A model generated the notes under the pieces. That model was not told where the DNA came from. It made no database searches and saw only the letters and a list, made by a program, of their open reading frames with translations. Shown here one piece after another: positions 27,922 through 37,443 of a stretch of 64,000 bases of DNA. The translations under genes were made by a program, and so were the position numbers. The first letter of the stretch is position 1. Each line of letters opens with the position of its first letter. Origin of the DNA: an uncultured virus (IMG/VR IMGVR_UViG_2645727837_000002) (Duplodnaviria; Heunggongvirae; Uroviricota; Caudoviricetes). The DNA lies in IMG/VR virus record IMGVR_UViG_2645727837_000002, positions 1 to 64,000 of that record; one strand, 5' to 3'.

Positions 27922-27965
27922 TTCCGCCCTCTCTGTCTATAAAAGGACTAGAAGTATGCCCTACC

Positions 27966-28724
27966 TCAGTCGAGAAGGTCTCGCGCTATCTCTTTAATGA
28001 CACCATCCATGTAGATGACTTGCCCCGTCGTGCAGCGGCCCCACACGATGAGGCCGCAGATGTCGCGATTGACCATCTCACCCTGCTCTTCGAGTTTGCC
28101 CGCCAGCCAACCGGAAACGATCCAGTGCTCGCATGCTTCGCACTTGTTCGGGGTGATCCTGTTCGTCTCGCACGCTGCACGCCATGCTTCTTGTTCGTCG
28201 TTGTACCAGTCGTCGGCGTAGTGTTTGTTGAGGTACGACGTCAACACCGCATGTTCGGTTTCTGCCTCGAAGAACATTCCATCGGTATCGCCACTGTCTT
28301 CACGCGCCTTCGCGATTGCGATGATGTCGCCGATCTTCGCCTGATCGGGCGCATCCAGTTCTTTGATCTCGTCGACCGATTCTTCCGAGAGGACGTAGAA
28401 CTTCCCGGCGTGTTCGAAGTATTCGAGGTTGTCGAGAGTGAGATTCCCCTTTACATCGTCTTCCGGCTGAAGTGCGACGTACTCTCCGTATTCGTTCTCG
28501 AACAACACGTAGTCTTCGTCTTCAGCTGCGGACTTGTAGTCGTCCTGGACGCAGATACCGATTAGTTCATCTTGGTCGACACTTACCTCACGCAGTACGC
28601 TGGAATCGGCACTAGCGACCAGCTTGCTGAGGTCGCTGATCAACATGCTGACACACGCATGCACTTCTTCGCGGACGAGCTGACGCGCGCGCTCGTCGAG
28701 CGCGGACTGATCAATATTGGTCAT
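27966..28724 (-). CDS. Highly acidic hypothetical early protein
   Basis: Asp/Glu-rich centre; C-terminal EHWIVSGWLAGKL..WGRCTTGQ. Confidence 0.7.
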   Translation of the reverse strand: MTNIDQSALDERARQLVREEVHACVSMLISDLSKLVASADSSVLREVSVDQDELIGICVQDDYKSAAEDEDYVLFENEYGEYVALQPEDDVKGNLTLDNLEYFEHAGKFYVLSEESVDEIKELDAPDQAKIGDIIAIAKAREDSGDTDGMFFEAETEHAVLTSYLNKHYADDWYNDEQEAWRAACETNRITPNKCEACEHWIVSGWLAGKLEEQGEMVNRDICGLIVWGRCTTGQVIYMDGVIKEIARDLLD

Positions 28725-28799
28725 CGTTGTGGTGGTGGTTTGTTAGCGGTTTCGGTGACCGAGGCGCGTGGCCAGACGAGCCTCGTTCAACTTGAACTT

Positions 28800-29030
28800 T
28801 CAGATCGCAGCTGCCATCGAGGCTTGAGCTTCGCGCCGATATTGGCGCTCGTCGTCGGAGACGTGCGCAGCCAAGCGGGCTTCGCGTGCCTCAAGCTTCG
28901 CGACTTCTGCCTGGAAATGTTCGAGTGCGCCACGCGCTTCGAGCAGCGCGAGGCGCGTCATGCGCAGCTGGTTCTTCGCTTCTTTAGCGGGCGACTTGCC
29001 CGTGAACATCGTGATGATTGCACTCAACAT
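28800..29030 (-). CDS. Hypothetical coiled-coil protein
   Basis: GAGGT RBS. Confidence 0.6.
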   Translation of the reverse strand: MLSAIITMFTGKSPAKEAKNQLRMTRLALLEARGALEHFQAEVAKLEAREARLAAHVSDDERQYRREAQASMAAAI

Positions 29031-29052
29031 GGTGGTTACCTCGGTGTGGTGG

Positions 29053-29322
29053 TTATGCTTTCCGCTCGATACAGAGGAGGTAGCGAATCTCCCCGACGCG
29101 CGTTGCCATAACTGCGGTGAAAAGGTTTGTACTGAATTTCGAGTCGCGCATTTCCGCCGGCCTACGGCTGGCTGGGGTATTGATGGTTCTCATCAATTGC
29201 GGGTAACCCTCAACAGTCGTTTCTATGTAGTGGCGCTCGCCCACTTCCATCATGGAAAGCATTTCGTTCCATGATCCGGCTCTTACCCCGTATGACTTTC
29301 GGGGTCTATCTTCGGTGGTCAT
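29053..29322 (-). CDS. Hypothetical phage protein
   Basis: Start just after the upstream stop (MTTEDRP). Confidence 0.55.
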   Translation of the reverse strand: MTTEDRPRKSYGVRAGSWNEMLSMMEVGERHYIETTVEGYPQLMRTINTPASRRPAEMRDSKFSTNLFTAVMATRVGEIRYLLCIERKA

Positions 29323-29324
29323 GT

Positions 29325-30002
29325 TTACCCTTGGTGAATCAACCCGTCGTCGCCGATGCATAGCTCTCTGCTTCCGGCGTCGCGTGCTGCGGCGGATAGC
29401 TGATCACGCAACTCGCGCGGCAACTGATCACGATCCCAATACCCCGCTCCATGTCCGGCGCGCGTGAGCCAGAGATCGTGTCCAGCCTGGGCCGCTCCAT
29501 AGCCGGTGCAATCAATTGCACGGCGCAACTGCGGCTCAGCGAAGTCACAGAAATCCTTGCAGTCCTCGCGGAACTTCGTTTTCGTATCTTCGTGCAGCTC
29601 GTAACCATCATCGAGATGCACTGTTTCCTCCTCCCCGTTGTCGTTTTTTATTGTGTCGATGCTCGACCACAACGCGGCTTCTTGGTAACCGGTCAAAAAC
29701 TCCTCGAACCAGCGCTCGCGTGGCGTGTCGATGATTTCCGCGTTCGGATACAGTTCGCGGACGTCTTCCAGTACCGTCCAGCGGTCGTTGCCGCGCAGGA
29801 AGAACTCGACGTTCCCCTCGGGTTCGATAGCCCGCCACAACGGCTCCCCCGCGCCCCAATACGCCCCTCCTTCATCGTAGTCGCCGTCGACGAATGGGCA
29901 GTGATGGACGATCAGCTTGATGCGGGCATCGTAGTCACCGTGGGTGTCGAGGCGACCCATTGGGGCGCCGCGCGAGCTATCCAGGTGCGATAGTGGTCTC
30001 AT
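29325..30002 (-). CDS. Hypothetical early phage protein
   Basis: GAPMGR..DGDYDEGGAYWG and AGHDLWLTRAGHGAGYWDR blocks. Confidence 0.65.
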   Translation of the reverse strand: MRPLSHLDSSRGAPMGRLDTHGDYDARIKLIVHHCPFVDGDYDEGGAYWGAGEPLWRAIEPEGNVEFFLRGNDRWTVLEDVRELYPNAEIIDTPRERWFEEFLTGYQEAALWSSIDTIKNDNGEEETVHLDDGYELHEDTKTKFREDCKDFCDFAEPQLRRAIDCTGYGAAQAGHDLWLTRAGHGAGYWDRDQLPRELRDQLSAAARDAGSRELCIGDDGLIHQG

Positions 30003-30184
30003 ATCGGCTTCGCCCCCAACTCGCGCTTGCAGAGTCGCGTCATGGCATTCATGAAGTCGGTCACCGAGTCCCGCTCCGTTGTTTCCTTCGCGATCTCCGT
30101 GACGACGCCCAGTTCGATGGCGCGGTGCATGGCGTCACGCAGTTCGATCAGCGAGGTGAACTGGGCCGCAGTTAGCATCTTCAT
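29999..30184 (-). CDS. Hypothetical phage protein
   Basis: Coupled ORF. Confidence 0.55.
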   Translation of the reverse strand: MKMLTAAQFTSLIELRDAMHRAIELGVVTEIAKETTERDSVTDFMNAMTRLCKRELGAKPI

Positions 30185-30675
30185 ACGGCCTCCGCGAGTT
30201 CATCAGGCAGTTCGATCTCGGCCCCGCAGATCGAGGCCACGTAGCAGCGCATCGCGGCGATGAGCGCGGTCGGGCCGTACGTCAGGCTTGCCACGTAAAA
30301 CTGATACATCGCGTCATGCTGCTGATGCTCGGTCGATTCGGACCAGGTTTGCTGTCCGCGCTCGGCGCACCATACCGGGATACGGACATTGTTGGTGTAG
30401 CCTTGCGCATCCCTGCCCCAGTCGTCATCGCTGCGAATGATGCTGATACCCTCGCGCTCAACGATCTCGAACCCCTGGTCGCGATCGGTCGACGGGCTGA
30501 AGCGGTGGTAATACGGAGCAGAGCCAGGGGAATTCTCGCGCTCGATCCACGCGGGAGTCGTTGCCTCCACTCGGCAGATCTTCACCACGCGGGCTTCCTT
30601 GAACTGCGTCTCGAGCGCCGCGGAGACTGCCCAGTCGAGCGCCGCACCTTTGAGTTCTTTTGTTTTGACTTTCAT
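30181..30675 (-). CDS. NinX/DUF2591-like phage protein
   Basis: ELKGAALDWAV..FSPSTD..GPTALIAAMRCYVAS. Confidence 0.75.
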   Translation of the reverse strand: MKVKTKELKGAALDWAVSAALETQFKEARVVKICRVEATTPAWIERENSPGSAPYYHRFSPSTDRDQGFEIVEREGISIIRSDDDWGRDAQGYTNNVRIPVWCAERGQQTWSESTEHQQHDAMYQFYVASLTYGPTALIAAMRCYVASICGAEIELPDELAEAV

Positions 30676-30678
30676 GGG

Positions 30679-31086
30679 TTATCCGAAGACGATGTCGTTG
30701 AACAGTCCCGCCTGCACGATCGAGTCGACAATCTCGCCGTCGATGAGGTCGGAGTCGGAGTCGAGAACTGCGCGCAACAGTCGGCCCGCTGTCTCGTCAC
30801 TTGCGAAGACCTCGCCCTTCAGCAGCCGCTCGATACCCTGATGGATTGTGTGACCATCGATTTCGAAGCTGCGCTTTGTCGTGCGATTGAGTTCTTCGAT
30901 GAGCGCGACATGCACGCCGACGATGTCGGTATCGTCGTAATCCTTGAAGTCATGGCCGTTCATCGTGACCATGTCGGGCTCGCACCACGATGCGATCACT
31001 GGCGATTCACACAAGACGTTGAACAGCGATTGCATGAACTCGTTCGTGAGTTCCTTTTCGAATGTGAACTTGATAAGCATGGTCAT
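30679..31086 (-). CDS. Hypothetical acidic phage protein
   Basis: ATGA coupling; C-terminal DSIVQAGLFNDIVFG. Confidence 0.6.
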   Translation of the reverse strand: MTMLIKFTFEKELTNEFMQSLFNVLCESPVIASWCEPDMVTMNGHDFKDYDDTDIVGVHVALIEELNRTTKRSFEIDGHTIHQGIERLLKGEVFASDETAGRLLRAVLDSDSDLIDGEIVDSIVQAGLFNDIVFG

Positions 31087-31472
31087 GTCCCCGTGCCGCT
31101 CAAAATGGCTTCTGCTTGTTCGATGACGGCGGAAATTCGACCGCGGCGGCAGTCGCAAGCCTTGTGGAACTCCGACTCAGCTGCGCACATCGAATGGTGC
31201 GTGATGTGTTGCCGGGCTTCCTTCAACGAGTCGAGCAACTTTGCATTCGACTGTTCGAGCTGCCAGATGCGGTAGCGCAGCTGCTCCTTGTCGGCTTCTT
31301 CACGCGTCAGCGTGTGCAGCAGCAGCTCGGCCTCTTCCTTCTTCAGCAGCTCGTCGCTGTAGCGGCCACCGACCTTCGCGCGGGAGATGACGTAACGCGG
31401 CGGCTCGCCTACACGTTGCAGGGTCTCGATCGTGAACGGATGTGTTGTGAAGTAACGGATGGGTTCTTTCAT
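31083..31472 (-). CDS. Hypothetical phage protein
   Basis: Coupled ORF. Confidence 0.55.
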   Translation of the reverse strand: MKEPIRYFTTHPFTIETLQRVGEPPRYVISRAKVGGRYSDELLKKEEAELLLHTLTREEADKEQLRYRIWQLEQSNAKLLDSLKEARQHITHHSMCAAESEFHKACDCRRGRISAVIEQAEAILSGTGT

Positions 31473-31474
31473 GA

Positions 31475-32140
31475 TCACCACCGTTGAATGTCAGCGCTGC
31501 TCAAACCGCGCAAGTTGCACTGTTCCCGAATGAACTTCAGGACGTCGTTGAGTGACGTAAGTGGTTTGAGCGTTTCGCGGCAGTAGTCGGTTCCGTCGTC
31601 ATTCTTGAATACGATCTGCCACTTGATACCGGCATATGCCAGCGTGTTCTCGGCGAGCGCGCGGTTGTAGCTGTGCGTGACCTTGATCGGCTTCGGCGGG
31701 GGCGGCTCGGGGCGCTTCACGGAATCGATCAGCTCGGCGATCTTGCGATTCGCGAACTCGTCGACATCCACGAGGTAGTTCTGCTGTTCGTCCTCGCTGC
31801 GGGATTCCCAGTCAGCGTCGAACTCGTCGACCCACTGCTTCACGAGGTCGCACACACCGCGTGAGCCATCGACGTGGTCCATGATGTCGCCCATCAGCTG
31901 GTCCGAGAACGTGTTCCAGCGGTTGCCGAGCGTGAACGAAAGGTCGAAGATGATCTCTTGCTTGCGCAACAGCTCGGGGTACTCGTTGACGGCCTGCTTG
32001 ATGTACGCGGCGTGCTCTTGCATCTGCGGCGTACGGTCGAACTCGCAGATCACCTGCTCGCCGACCTCCTTAAGCAGCAAGCCCGTACCTTCGTGGTCGG
32101 ACTCGGACAGGATGAGCGGGGTCTTGAAGGGACTGCTCAT
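31475..32140 (-). CDS. Hypothetical phage protein
   Basis: 221-aa coupled ORF. Confidence 0.6.
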   Translation of the reverse strand: MSSPFKTPLILSESDHEGTGLLLKEVGEQVICEFDRTPQMQEHAAYIKQAVNEYPELLRKQEIIFDLSFTLGNRWNTFSDQLMGDIMDHVDGSRGVCDLVKQWVDEFDADWESRSEDEQQNYLVDVDEFANRKIAELIDSVKRPEPPPPKPIKVTHSYNRALAENTLAYAGIKWQIVFKNDDGTDYCRETLKPLTSLNDVLKFIREQCNLRGLSSADIQRW

Positions 32141-32601
32141 TTCAGCGCCTCCCGCCCCAGTGCCAGGACAGCTTGAGCATTCGCGATCATCTGCGGATTC
32201 GCCAGCGCGTCGTCATGCCAGTCGTCGATCGAGAGCATGCTTTCAAGCGCGTCGACCAGTTGCTTGGTGAGCGCGAGATTGTCTACTGGCGCGATTCCCC
32301 CGAATTGGTTCAGCTTGAACCATTCGACGCGGCCCGCCTTGGTGACGATCGCCATCTTGTCTTCCTTGATGACGATCTTGCCTGCGTCAGTTGCCCCCTG
32401 CTCAGCCAGCTGGGCCATCTTCTTGCCCAGGATCGATTCGCGTTCCTGCCTGAAGTGGTCGTTCATCTGGTCGACTTTCTTCGCGAGATCGAACAGCTCC
32501 GCTTCAGCGTGCTTCTTGCCTTCTTCGGTGCCATCGCGCAACGAAGCGACGAGCACGCCCATGACGCCCGACCAAGTCGGGGTCAATACGATAGTTTTCA
32601 T
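32137..32601 (-). CDS. Hypothetical phage protein
   Basis: Start MKTIV downstream of the terminator, preceded by ACCACCAC. Confidence 0.6.
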   Translation of the reverse strand: MKTIVLTPTWSGVMGVLVASLRDGTEEGKKHAEAELFDLAKKVDQMNDHFRQERESILGKKMAQLAEQGATDAGKIVIKEDKMAIVTKAGRVEWFKLNQFGGIAPVDNLALTKQLVDALESMLSIDDWHDDALANPQMIANAQAVLALGREALK

Positions 32602-32625
32602 GGTGTGTGGTGGTGATGAGGGTAT

Positions 32626-32657
32626 AAAAAAGAGCGCACTGGCCAGAGCGCACTCTT
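32626..32657 (-). terminator. Intrinsic terminator after the DUF1640 gene
   Basis: AAGAGTGCGC..GTGCGCTCTT followed by a T tract on the minus strand. Confidence 0.7.
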
Positions 32658-32676
32658 CCTTAATCAACCGACTGAA

Positions 32677-33039
32677 TCAGCGCAGGAACGCCCTCGAAGC
32701 GATCTGCGCAGCGGTAGCGAGAACTGTCAGGGTCACGAGCCACGTGATCATCGAGGTTTTCGCTTTCTCGATTTCGACACGGAAATCCCCCCGCGTCTCC
32801 GAGAGGCCGAGCTTCATGTCTGCGCGGACGCTGTCGATCTCACGACGCAGATCGGTACGCGTCGCATCGACCTTCTGCTCAACCGCCGTCTGCGTGTTGA
32901 GCAGGTCTTGCTTTGTCGCCAAGGTCTGGTCGATCGCGTCAGCCAGCGCCTCGGCTTGCATCACCGCAGTCTCGCGCGGGACCCCGCCTTGTTCGAGGCG
33001 CTTGACGTAAGCCAAGGTGTCGAAAGCGACAGACATCAT
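32677..33039 (-). CDS. DUF1640/CCDC90-like coiled-coil membrane protein
   Basis: FDTLAYVKRLEQGGVP..AEAL..LATKQDL; C-terminal TM helix; AAGGAG RBS. Confidence 0.8.
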   Translation of the reverse strand: MMSVAFDTLAYVKRLEQGGVPRETAVMQAEALADAIDQTLATKQDLLNTQTAVEQKVDATRTDLRREIDSVRADMKLGLSETRGDFRVEIEKAKTSMITWLVTLTVLATAAQIASRAFLR

Positions 33040-33073
33040 GATTTCTCCTTGTACTTTGTAAGGTGATTCTACG

Positions 33074-33289
33074 CTATGCGGAAGCGGTTTCGGGAGCGCA
33101 GCGGCCCCAATTGCTGACTACTTTGTGGCTGGTCGCCGTCGTGCGCTCGACGTAGCCATACCCGCCCTCGTTGGCGAGCTGCTTGGCATGGGTCTCAGCG
33201 TTCTTCTGCGACCGGAATTCCCGGACGCGGTACTTGCCGGCCGTGGTCGTGAAGCGGGTGCGGTAGATCGGTTTGCTCATATTTTTCAT
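33074..33289 (-). CDS. Hypothetical phage protein
   Basis: Coupled ORF. Confidence 0.5.
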   Translation of the reverse strand: MKNMSKPIYRTRFTTTAGKYRVREFRSQKNAETHAKQLANEGGYGYVERTTATSHKVVSNWGRCAPETASA

Positions 33290-33492
33290 GATGTGAAATT
33301 CGGATCATGCAGGGTGTGCCACGCGGCATCCCGAGCCTTTCGGCCCGACATCCCCTGCCTCTTGAACTGTTCGGTCAGCTGCCGGCGCGCACGCCGGTCG
33401 GCCATATCCGGGTTCGCGTACAGATCCAGCTCCAGTTCAGCGATACGCGCCTCCAGGCGCTGGATGTACTCCAGCAGTTGCTCCGGGTTCAT
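33286..33492 (-). CDS. Hypothetical phage protein
   Basis: Coupled ORF. Confidence 0.55.
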   Translation of the reverse strand: MNPEQLLEYIQRLEARIAELELDLYANPDMADRRARRQLTEQFKRQGMSGRKARDAAWHTLHDPNFTS

Positions 33493-33818
33493 CCGTGCCG
33501 CTCTTCCAGCTGGTTGGCCAGTTCAGTCGCTCCCTTGAGGACGTCTTCCAGGCACACATGGTGATCGGAGATCACGTCCCACCCGTCGTTACCGTAGACG
33601 AGCGTCACCGTGCCGACGATCACATCGAATTTCCAGAAGCGCAGATATTCGACTTCGCATGCAAAGAGTTGGGCGAGTATCTTGTCCTTGTCCGTGCTCT
33701 TCGATATCGCGGTTTCTTCTCCGTCGAATACACTGAGCTTGAAGCCTGCGGCCACGGCGTCGACGACGATCTTTTCGACGATCTGCTTCTCAATCTCGAT
33801 TCGTTGTTCCACATTCAT
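33489..33818 (-). CDS. Hypothetical phage protein
   Basis: AAGGA RBS; LVYGNDGWDVISD. Confidence 0.65.
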   Translation of the reverse strand: MNVEQRIEIEKQIVEKIVVDAVAAGFKLSVFDGEETAISKSTDKDKILAQLFACEVEYLRFWKFDVIVGTVTLVYGNDGWDVISDHHVCLEDVLKGATELANQLEERHG

Positions 33819-34008
33819 GTCGTCATCCTTGGTTCAAGTTGAACTTGAGACGTACAGCAGCCAATTGTGGCGGTCGTTCATTTCCAGTAGTCCCTATAAC
33901 GGAGGATCTTTCGTTGCCGCGGCGTCATGGGGTAGCGCTTGAGCAGGTAGGTCGAGACCATTCGACGCATGCCCCACGACGGGAATCGGCGCTTGAGGTG
34001 GCGAACCT

Positions 34009-34281
34009 TCATACGTGCAGGCGCCGGTTATCGAAAGCAAAGTTCTCAGCTTCGTCCAGCCCTGCGTTGAAGGGGCCGATCACGTCATAGATCAGCACCG
34101 ATTTCGCACCGTTCGCAAACAGCTGCAACGCCTTCGTATCGCGACTGGTTTCCTGGTAGTGCGTATCGATCGACCACTCGTCCTTCTCGTTGATCCACTC
34201 GACCGCATAGAAGGTTCGCGTCTCATCACTTGCGAAGTCGAGCGAGGGCAAGCGCGGGATTTTGGGGTGATTCAGACTCAT
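34009..34281 (-). CDS. Hypothetical phage protein
   Basis: Coupled ORF. Confidence 0.5.
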   Translation of the reverse strand: MSLNHPKIPRLPSLDFASDETRTFYAVEWINEKDEWSIDTHYQETSRDTKALQLFANGAKSVLIYDVIGPFNAGLDEAENFAFDNRRLHV

Positions 34282-34457
34282 GCCGGTGCATCTCCCTCGT
34301 GAGCGGTAGCGTGTCCACTGCCCTCGTAGTCAAAAGCTTCGGAGCCTTGCCGTTCGTACGCGTTCAGCGCTGCCTGCTTCGCTTCTTCCACGCTGGACGC
34401 CTCGAATTCGTGCGTGTAGTACGTTGGCCGCACAACCGTGATGGTGAATCTAGCCAT
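34278..34457 (-). CDS. Hypothetical small protein
   Basis: GGAG RBS then MARFTITV..EASSVEEA. Confidence 0.5.
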   Translation of the reverse strand: MARFTITVVRPTYYTHEFEASSVEEAKQAALNAYERQGSEAFDYEGSGHATAHEGDAPA

Positions 34458-34884
34458 GTGTGCTCTCCCCACGGATCAGCGCATCAATACGTTCCGCGAC
34501 TTCCGAAGGTTCCGTCGCACGTCCAACCTCGTACTTGTGATGCGAGAACAGATGATCGGCCGTGGGTCGGTCGATCTCGAAGAAGTTGCACACGGCGACC
34601 CACGACTCTTCACCCTCGTACGTCGGGCTGAGTGCCGAGCTGTAGCACACCGTGTCCCACTTATAGTTGAGACCTTGGGCCTGGAACTCAGGCATCATGC
34701 AGGCCCAACCAACCGCGCACGCCGTTGTGCCGCAGTCGACGATGCGCTGACGGAGATCGTCGTTGGGGATAGCCAGTGCCTCACGGGTGGACCACGGGCT
34801 GTCAACCCAGTCACCGAGATCGAAGTGGTTCGGATTGACGGTCTTGAGCATGCTGCTCAGCATCTTGAGACGTTCGATGTGCAT
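34450..34884 (-). CDS. Hypothetical phage protein
   Basis: FDLGDW..CGTTACAVGW pattern. Confidence 0.65.
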   Translation of the reverse strand: MHIERLKMLSSMLKTVNPNHFDLGDWVDSPWSTREALAIPNDDLRQRIVDCGTTACAVGWACMMPEFQAQGLNYKWDTVCYSSALSPTYEGEESWVAVCNFFEIDRPTADHLFSHHKYEVGRATEPSEVAERIDALIRGESTHG

Positions 34885-34885
34885 G

Positions 34886-35161
34886 TCAGTGCTCCCCGTA
34901 CGCAGATTCGATCTTCTCGCCAGTTTGCGAGCAGGTCAGGGTTGAGTCTTCCCAGTTGATGTCCATCGCGATCAGCTTCCAGCCGCTATGCTTGTCGTTC
35001 GTGATGATCGCGTCACGAATCAGGCCGGCGTTCTCCTGCGCAGCTTTGAATGAAAGCGCCTCGCAGTCGGAGGTGATGAAGTAGCACGGATAGCCACCGG
35101 GCCATGCATATGGCCCGTGGTCCAGCGCCTTGTTGAAGTCGAAGACGTGGCGGATGTTCAT
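34886..35161 (-). CDS. Hypothetical phage protein
   Basis: YAWPGGYP..INWED..IESAYG. Confidence 0.65.
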   Translation of the reverse strand: MNIRHVFDFNKALDHGPYAWPGGYPCYFITSDCEALSFKAAQENAGLIRDAIITNDKHSGWKLIAMDINWEDSTLTCSQTGEKIESAYGEH

Positions 35162-35168
35162 CGTCGCA

Positions 35169-35477
35169 TCAGAAGACGTATTCGTCGTTGTGGTAGATAG
35201 TCAGCGCCACCGGCGTGTCGGCCGTCGTGTACGGGTTGTAGGTGATACCCGTAATCTTCGCGCCCGTCTCGCTCTCGAATCGGGCAATCGCCCGCTTGAT
35301 GTGCTCGCTCAGTTGAAATTGGAGCAGATCGCGAGCGAACTTCACTTCGCGCCTCGTGTACGGCGCAGGAGGTTCAACTTGAACCGTTGCGTTCGTGATG
35401 AGTTTGTCGACGTCAGCCGCGACCGCTGTATTGACGTCAACTTCAGTCGTATTCTTGGCCAGTTCTTGGGTGCTCAT
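35169..35477 (-). CDS. Hypothetical phage protein
   Basis: Start preceded by CACCACCACCACGGATCAAAAC. Confidence 0.65.
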   Translation of the reverse strand: MSTQELAKNTTEVDVNTAVAADVDKLITNATVQVEPPAPYTRREVKFARDLLQFQLSEHIKRAIARFESETGAKITGITYNPYTTADTPVALTIYHNDEYVF

Positions 35478-35499
35478 GTTTTGATCCGTGGTGGTGGTG

Positions 35500-35685
35500 T
35501 TAGCTTTTGAGCGCGTCCTTTACGCGTTTTTCACCGAGCGGGGTGATACCGTCCAGCATGTCGATATAGCCGAGCTGATAGAGCGTCATGAAGTCGTGCT
35601 CTCGGGTTCCGCACTCAACGTCTTCAACACGAGAACCTCGGTAAAGCGCGAGCAGGATCATCAACTGATTGCAGGTCAGCCTCAC
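35500..35685 (-). CDS. Hypothetical small protein
   Basis: GTGA coupling. Confidence 0.5.
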   Translation of the reverse strand: MRLTCNQLMILLALYRGSRVEDVECGTREHDFMTLYQLGYIDMLDGITPLGEKRVKDALKS

Positions 35686-36326
35686 GCCGGCACTCCTTCG
35701 CGCGCTTCACGTGCCCTGTCGTAGCTCGGGTCGTTGTACTTCGCGAACAGATGCGGAAACGCTTCTTCGATTCGACGACAGTTCGACATGTCAGCGTTGA
35801 TCCATGCGTGGGCCAGCTTCTGCGCGAAGCCACCGGCGAAGTCACGCATGTTGAATGCCATGCGCTGCCGCTCAGCGTAGGGCCGCGACGAGATCGGATG
35901 CGGACGCTGCTTCAGGCACATACGGCCGTGTTGTGCGTACATGGCTGCGAGCCGTTGTTCGTGGGTTTCCTGCATACCCGCGAAGTGCTCCAGCATCGCC
36001 GTCAGGTGGAGAATCACGTCGCGTTCATTGAGCGATTCGGCTCGATCGGTCACGGTGCGTTGATCGTCCAGCTCGTAGTACCAAGCCTTGCGCAGTCGCG
36101 GGCCGTCCTCGTGGTTCTTGATGACCATGCCGCACTGCTTGGCCATGTTGTCGATGAGCACGTCGAGCGGCAGGTTCACGTCACGTTGTTCATCGTTCAG
36201 TTGCTCGAACACGCTTGCAGTAAGCACGATCTGCATCGCTCGTTCGACGTACGGTGCGCGCTGGCCAGCATCGCTCATCATCTCTTCGAAACTGTCAAAC
36301 GGGCCGTAGGTGGTGGTGTTGCCCAT
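35682..36326 (-). CDS. Hypothetical phage protein
   Basis: AAGGA RBS; GGFAQKLAHAWINAD..IEEAFP. Confidence 0.65.
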   Translation of the reverse strand: MGNTTTYGPFDSFEEMMSDAGQRAPYVERAMQIVLTASVFEQLNDEQRDVNLPLDVLIDNMAKQCGMVIKNHEDGPRLRKAWYYELDDQRTVTDRAESLNERDVILHLTAMLEHFAGMQETHEQRLAAMYAQHGRMCLKQRPHPISSRPYAERQRMAFNMRDFAGGFAQKLAHAWINADMSNCRRIEEAFPHLFAKYNDPSYDRAREAREGVPA

Positions 36327-36343
36327 GATGTTTGATCCTTGGT

Positions 36344-36622
36344 TCAGGTTGAACCAATCAGAGCGTCGAACTCGTCTTGGTCAAGGTGGTAGTTGCGTTG
36401 GGATTGCGCGTCCTCGATTACGAGTCGTGCAGCGTCTTCCCAGGTCTCAGCCGTACTGCGCTGGCAACCGTAGACGAAGTAGTCCCAATACCCGTCTTCG
36501 CGCGGCACGATGAAGACCGGTAAGCCTTTCACCAGCGCGCAATCGACGATAGGCTTGCCCATGAGGCTCGGGCATCGACCTTTTCGCCACTCGACGGGAT
36601 TGGGGCGACGTGAGAACCACAT
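36344..36622 (-). CDS. Hypothetical phage protein
   Basis: AGGAGG RBS; stop lies inside a palindrome. Confidence 0.6.
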   Translation of the reverse strand: MWFSRRPNPVEWRKGRCPSLMGKPIVDCALVKGLPVFIVPREDGYWDYFVYGCQRSTAETWEDAARLVIEDAQSQRNYHLDQDEFDALIGST

Positions 36623-36643
36623 GCCCCCTCCTAGATAATTCGA

Positions 36644-36934
36644 TCAGCTATAGACCGGCTCAAGCGGCAGGTGCGTAGCTGCGTTGCTGAATTCCTGCAA
36701 CACGTCACGGATGACTCGTGCGTTGCGCCGATTGAGAACCAGCGTTGCGCACATACGGTCGAACGTTGCCTGCTCGATCTTGCTTGTGATCGCGCCATGC
36801 TCTTCCTGATAGAACTTGAGCAGGCGCTGCCTCAATTTCGCCGGGACCGTGGTCGAGCATTCGTGTTCGGCACATTCGCGCTGCGTGGCGAACTCCCTAC
36901 CGTCGGAGCTGGTGTACTTGCGGATCTCGCGCAT
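36644..36934 (-). CDS. Hypothetical phage protein
   Basis: YTSSDGREFATQRECAEHE, similar to the next ORF. Confidence 0.55.
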   Translation of the reverse strand: MREIRKYTSSDGREFATQRECAEHECSTTVPAKLRQRLLKFYQEEHGAITSKIEQATFDRMCATLVLNRRNARVIRDVLQEFSNAATHLPLEPVYS

Positions 36935-36938
36935 CGCA

Positions 36939-37247
36939 CTACCCCTGTTGCGACTGGGAACGTTGGGTGACCTGCTGTACGCTTTCCAACCCATCGAGTT
37001 CAGCCCTGCCACTCTTGATCTGTTCAAGGATCGTCTCGACGTGCTGGATGTTGTTGATGACCCCGTCGACGATCTTCATCAGCGGCTCGTCCTGCAACGC
37101 AACGCCGCACGACGCCTTCGCATACTCGTCGTTGATGATCTGCGCCAGGTTGTCGGGCAATACCACGGTCACTTCGTGGCGCAGTGCCTCGACGTAGTCG
37201 GTGAACTGCCGGCCATCGGCCGTCACATATGTCTCGATAGTCTTCAT
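36939..37247 (-). CDS. Hypothetical phage protein
   Basis: YVTADGRQFTDYVEALRHE. Confidence 0.6.
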   Translation of the reverse strand: MKTIETYVTADGRQFTDYVEALRHEVTVVLPDNLAQIINDEYAKASCGVALQDEPLMKIVDGVINNIQHVETILEQIKSGRAELDGLESVQQVTQRSQSQQG

Positions 37248-37443
37248 GGTGGTGGGTTCTCTTCAGGGAATGCAGGCCGATCGATGTCAGCTCGCGAACA
37301 CGGTCAAGATCGGTCGAATGTCCTGTTCACTGTCTTCACGCGACTTGAACAGTTCGTCGATTGCGTCAAACAGCTGGGGAGCTTCGGAATAGATTGCGTT
37401 CATGGTGTTCGTCGTTTCTTCTTGTTGGTTCTCAGGCGATGGT

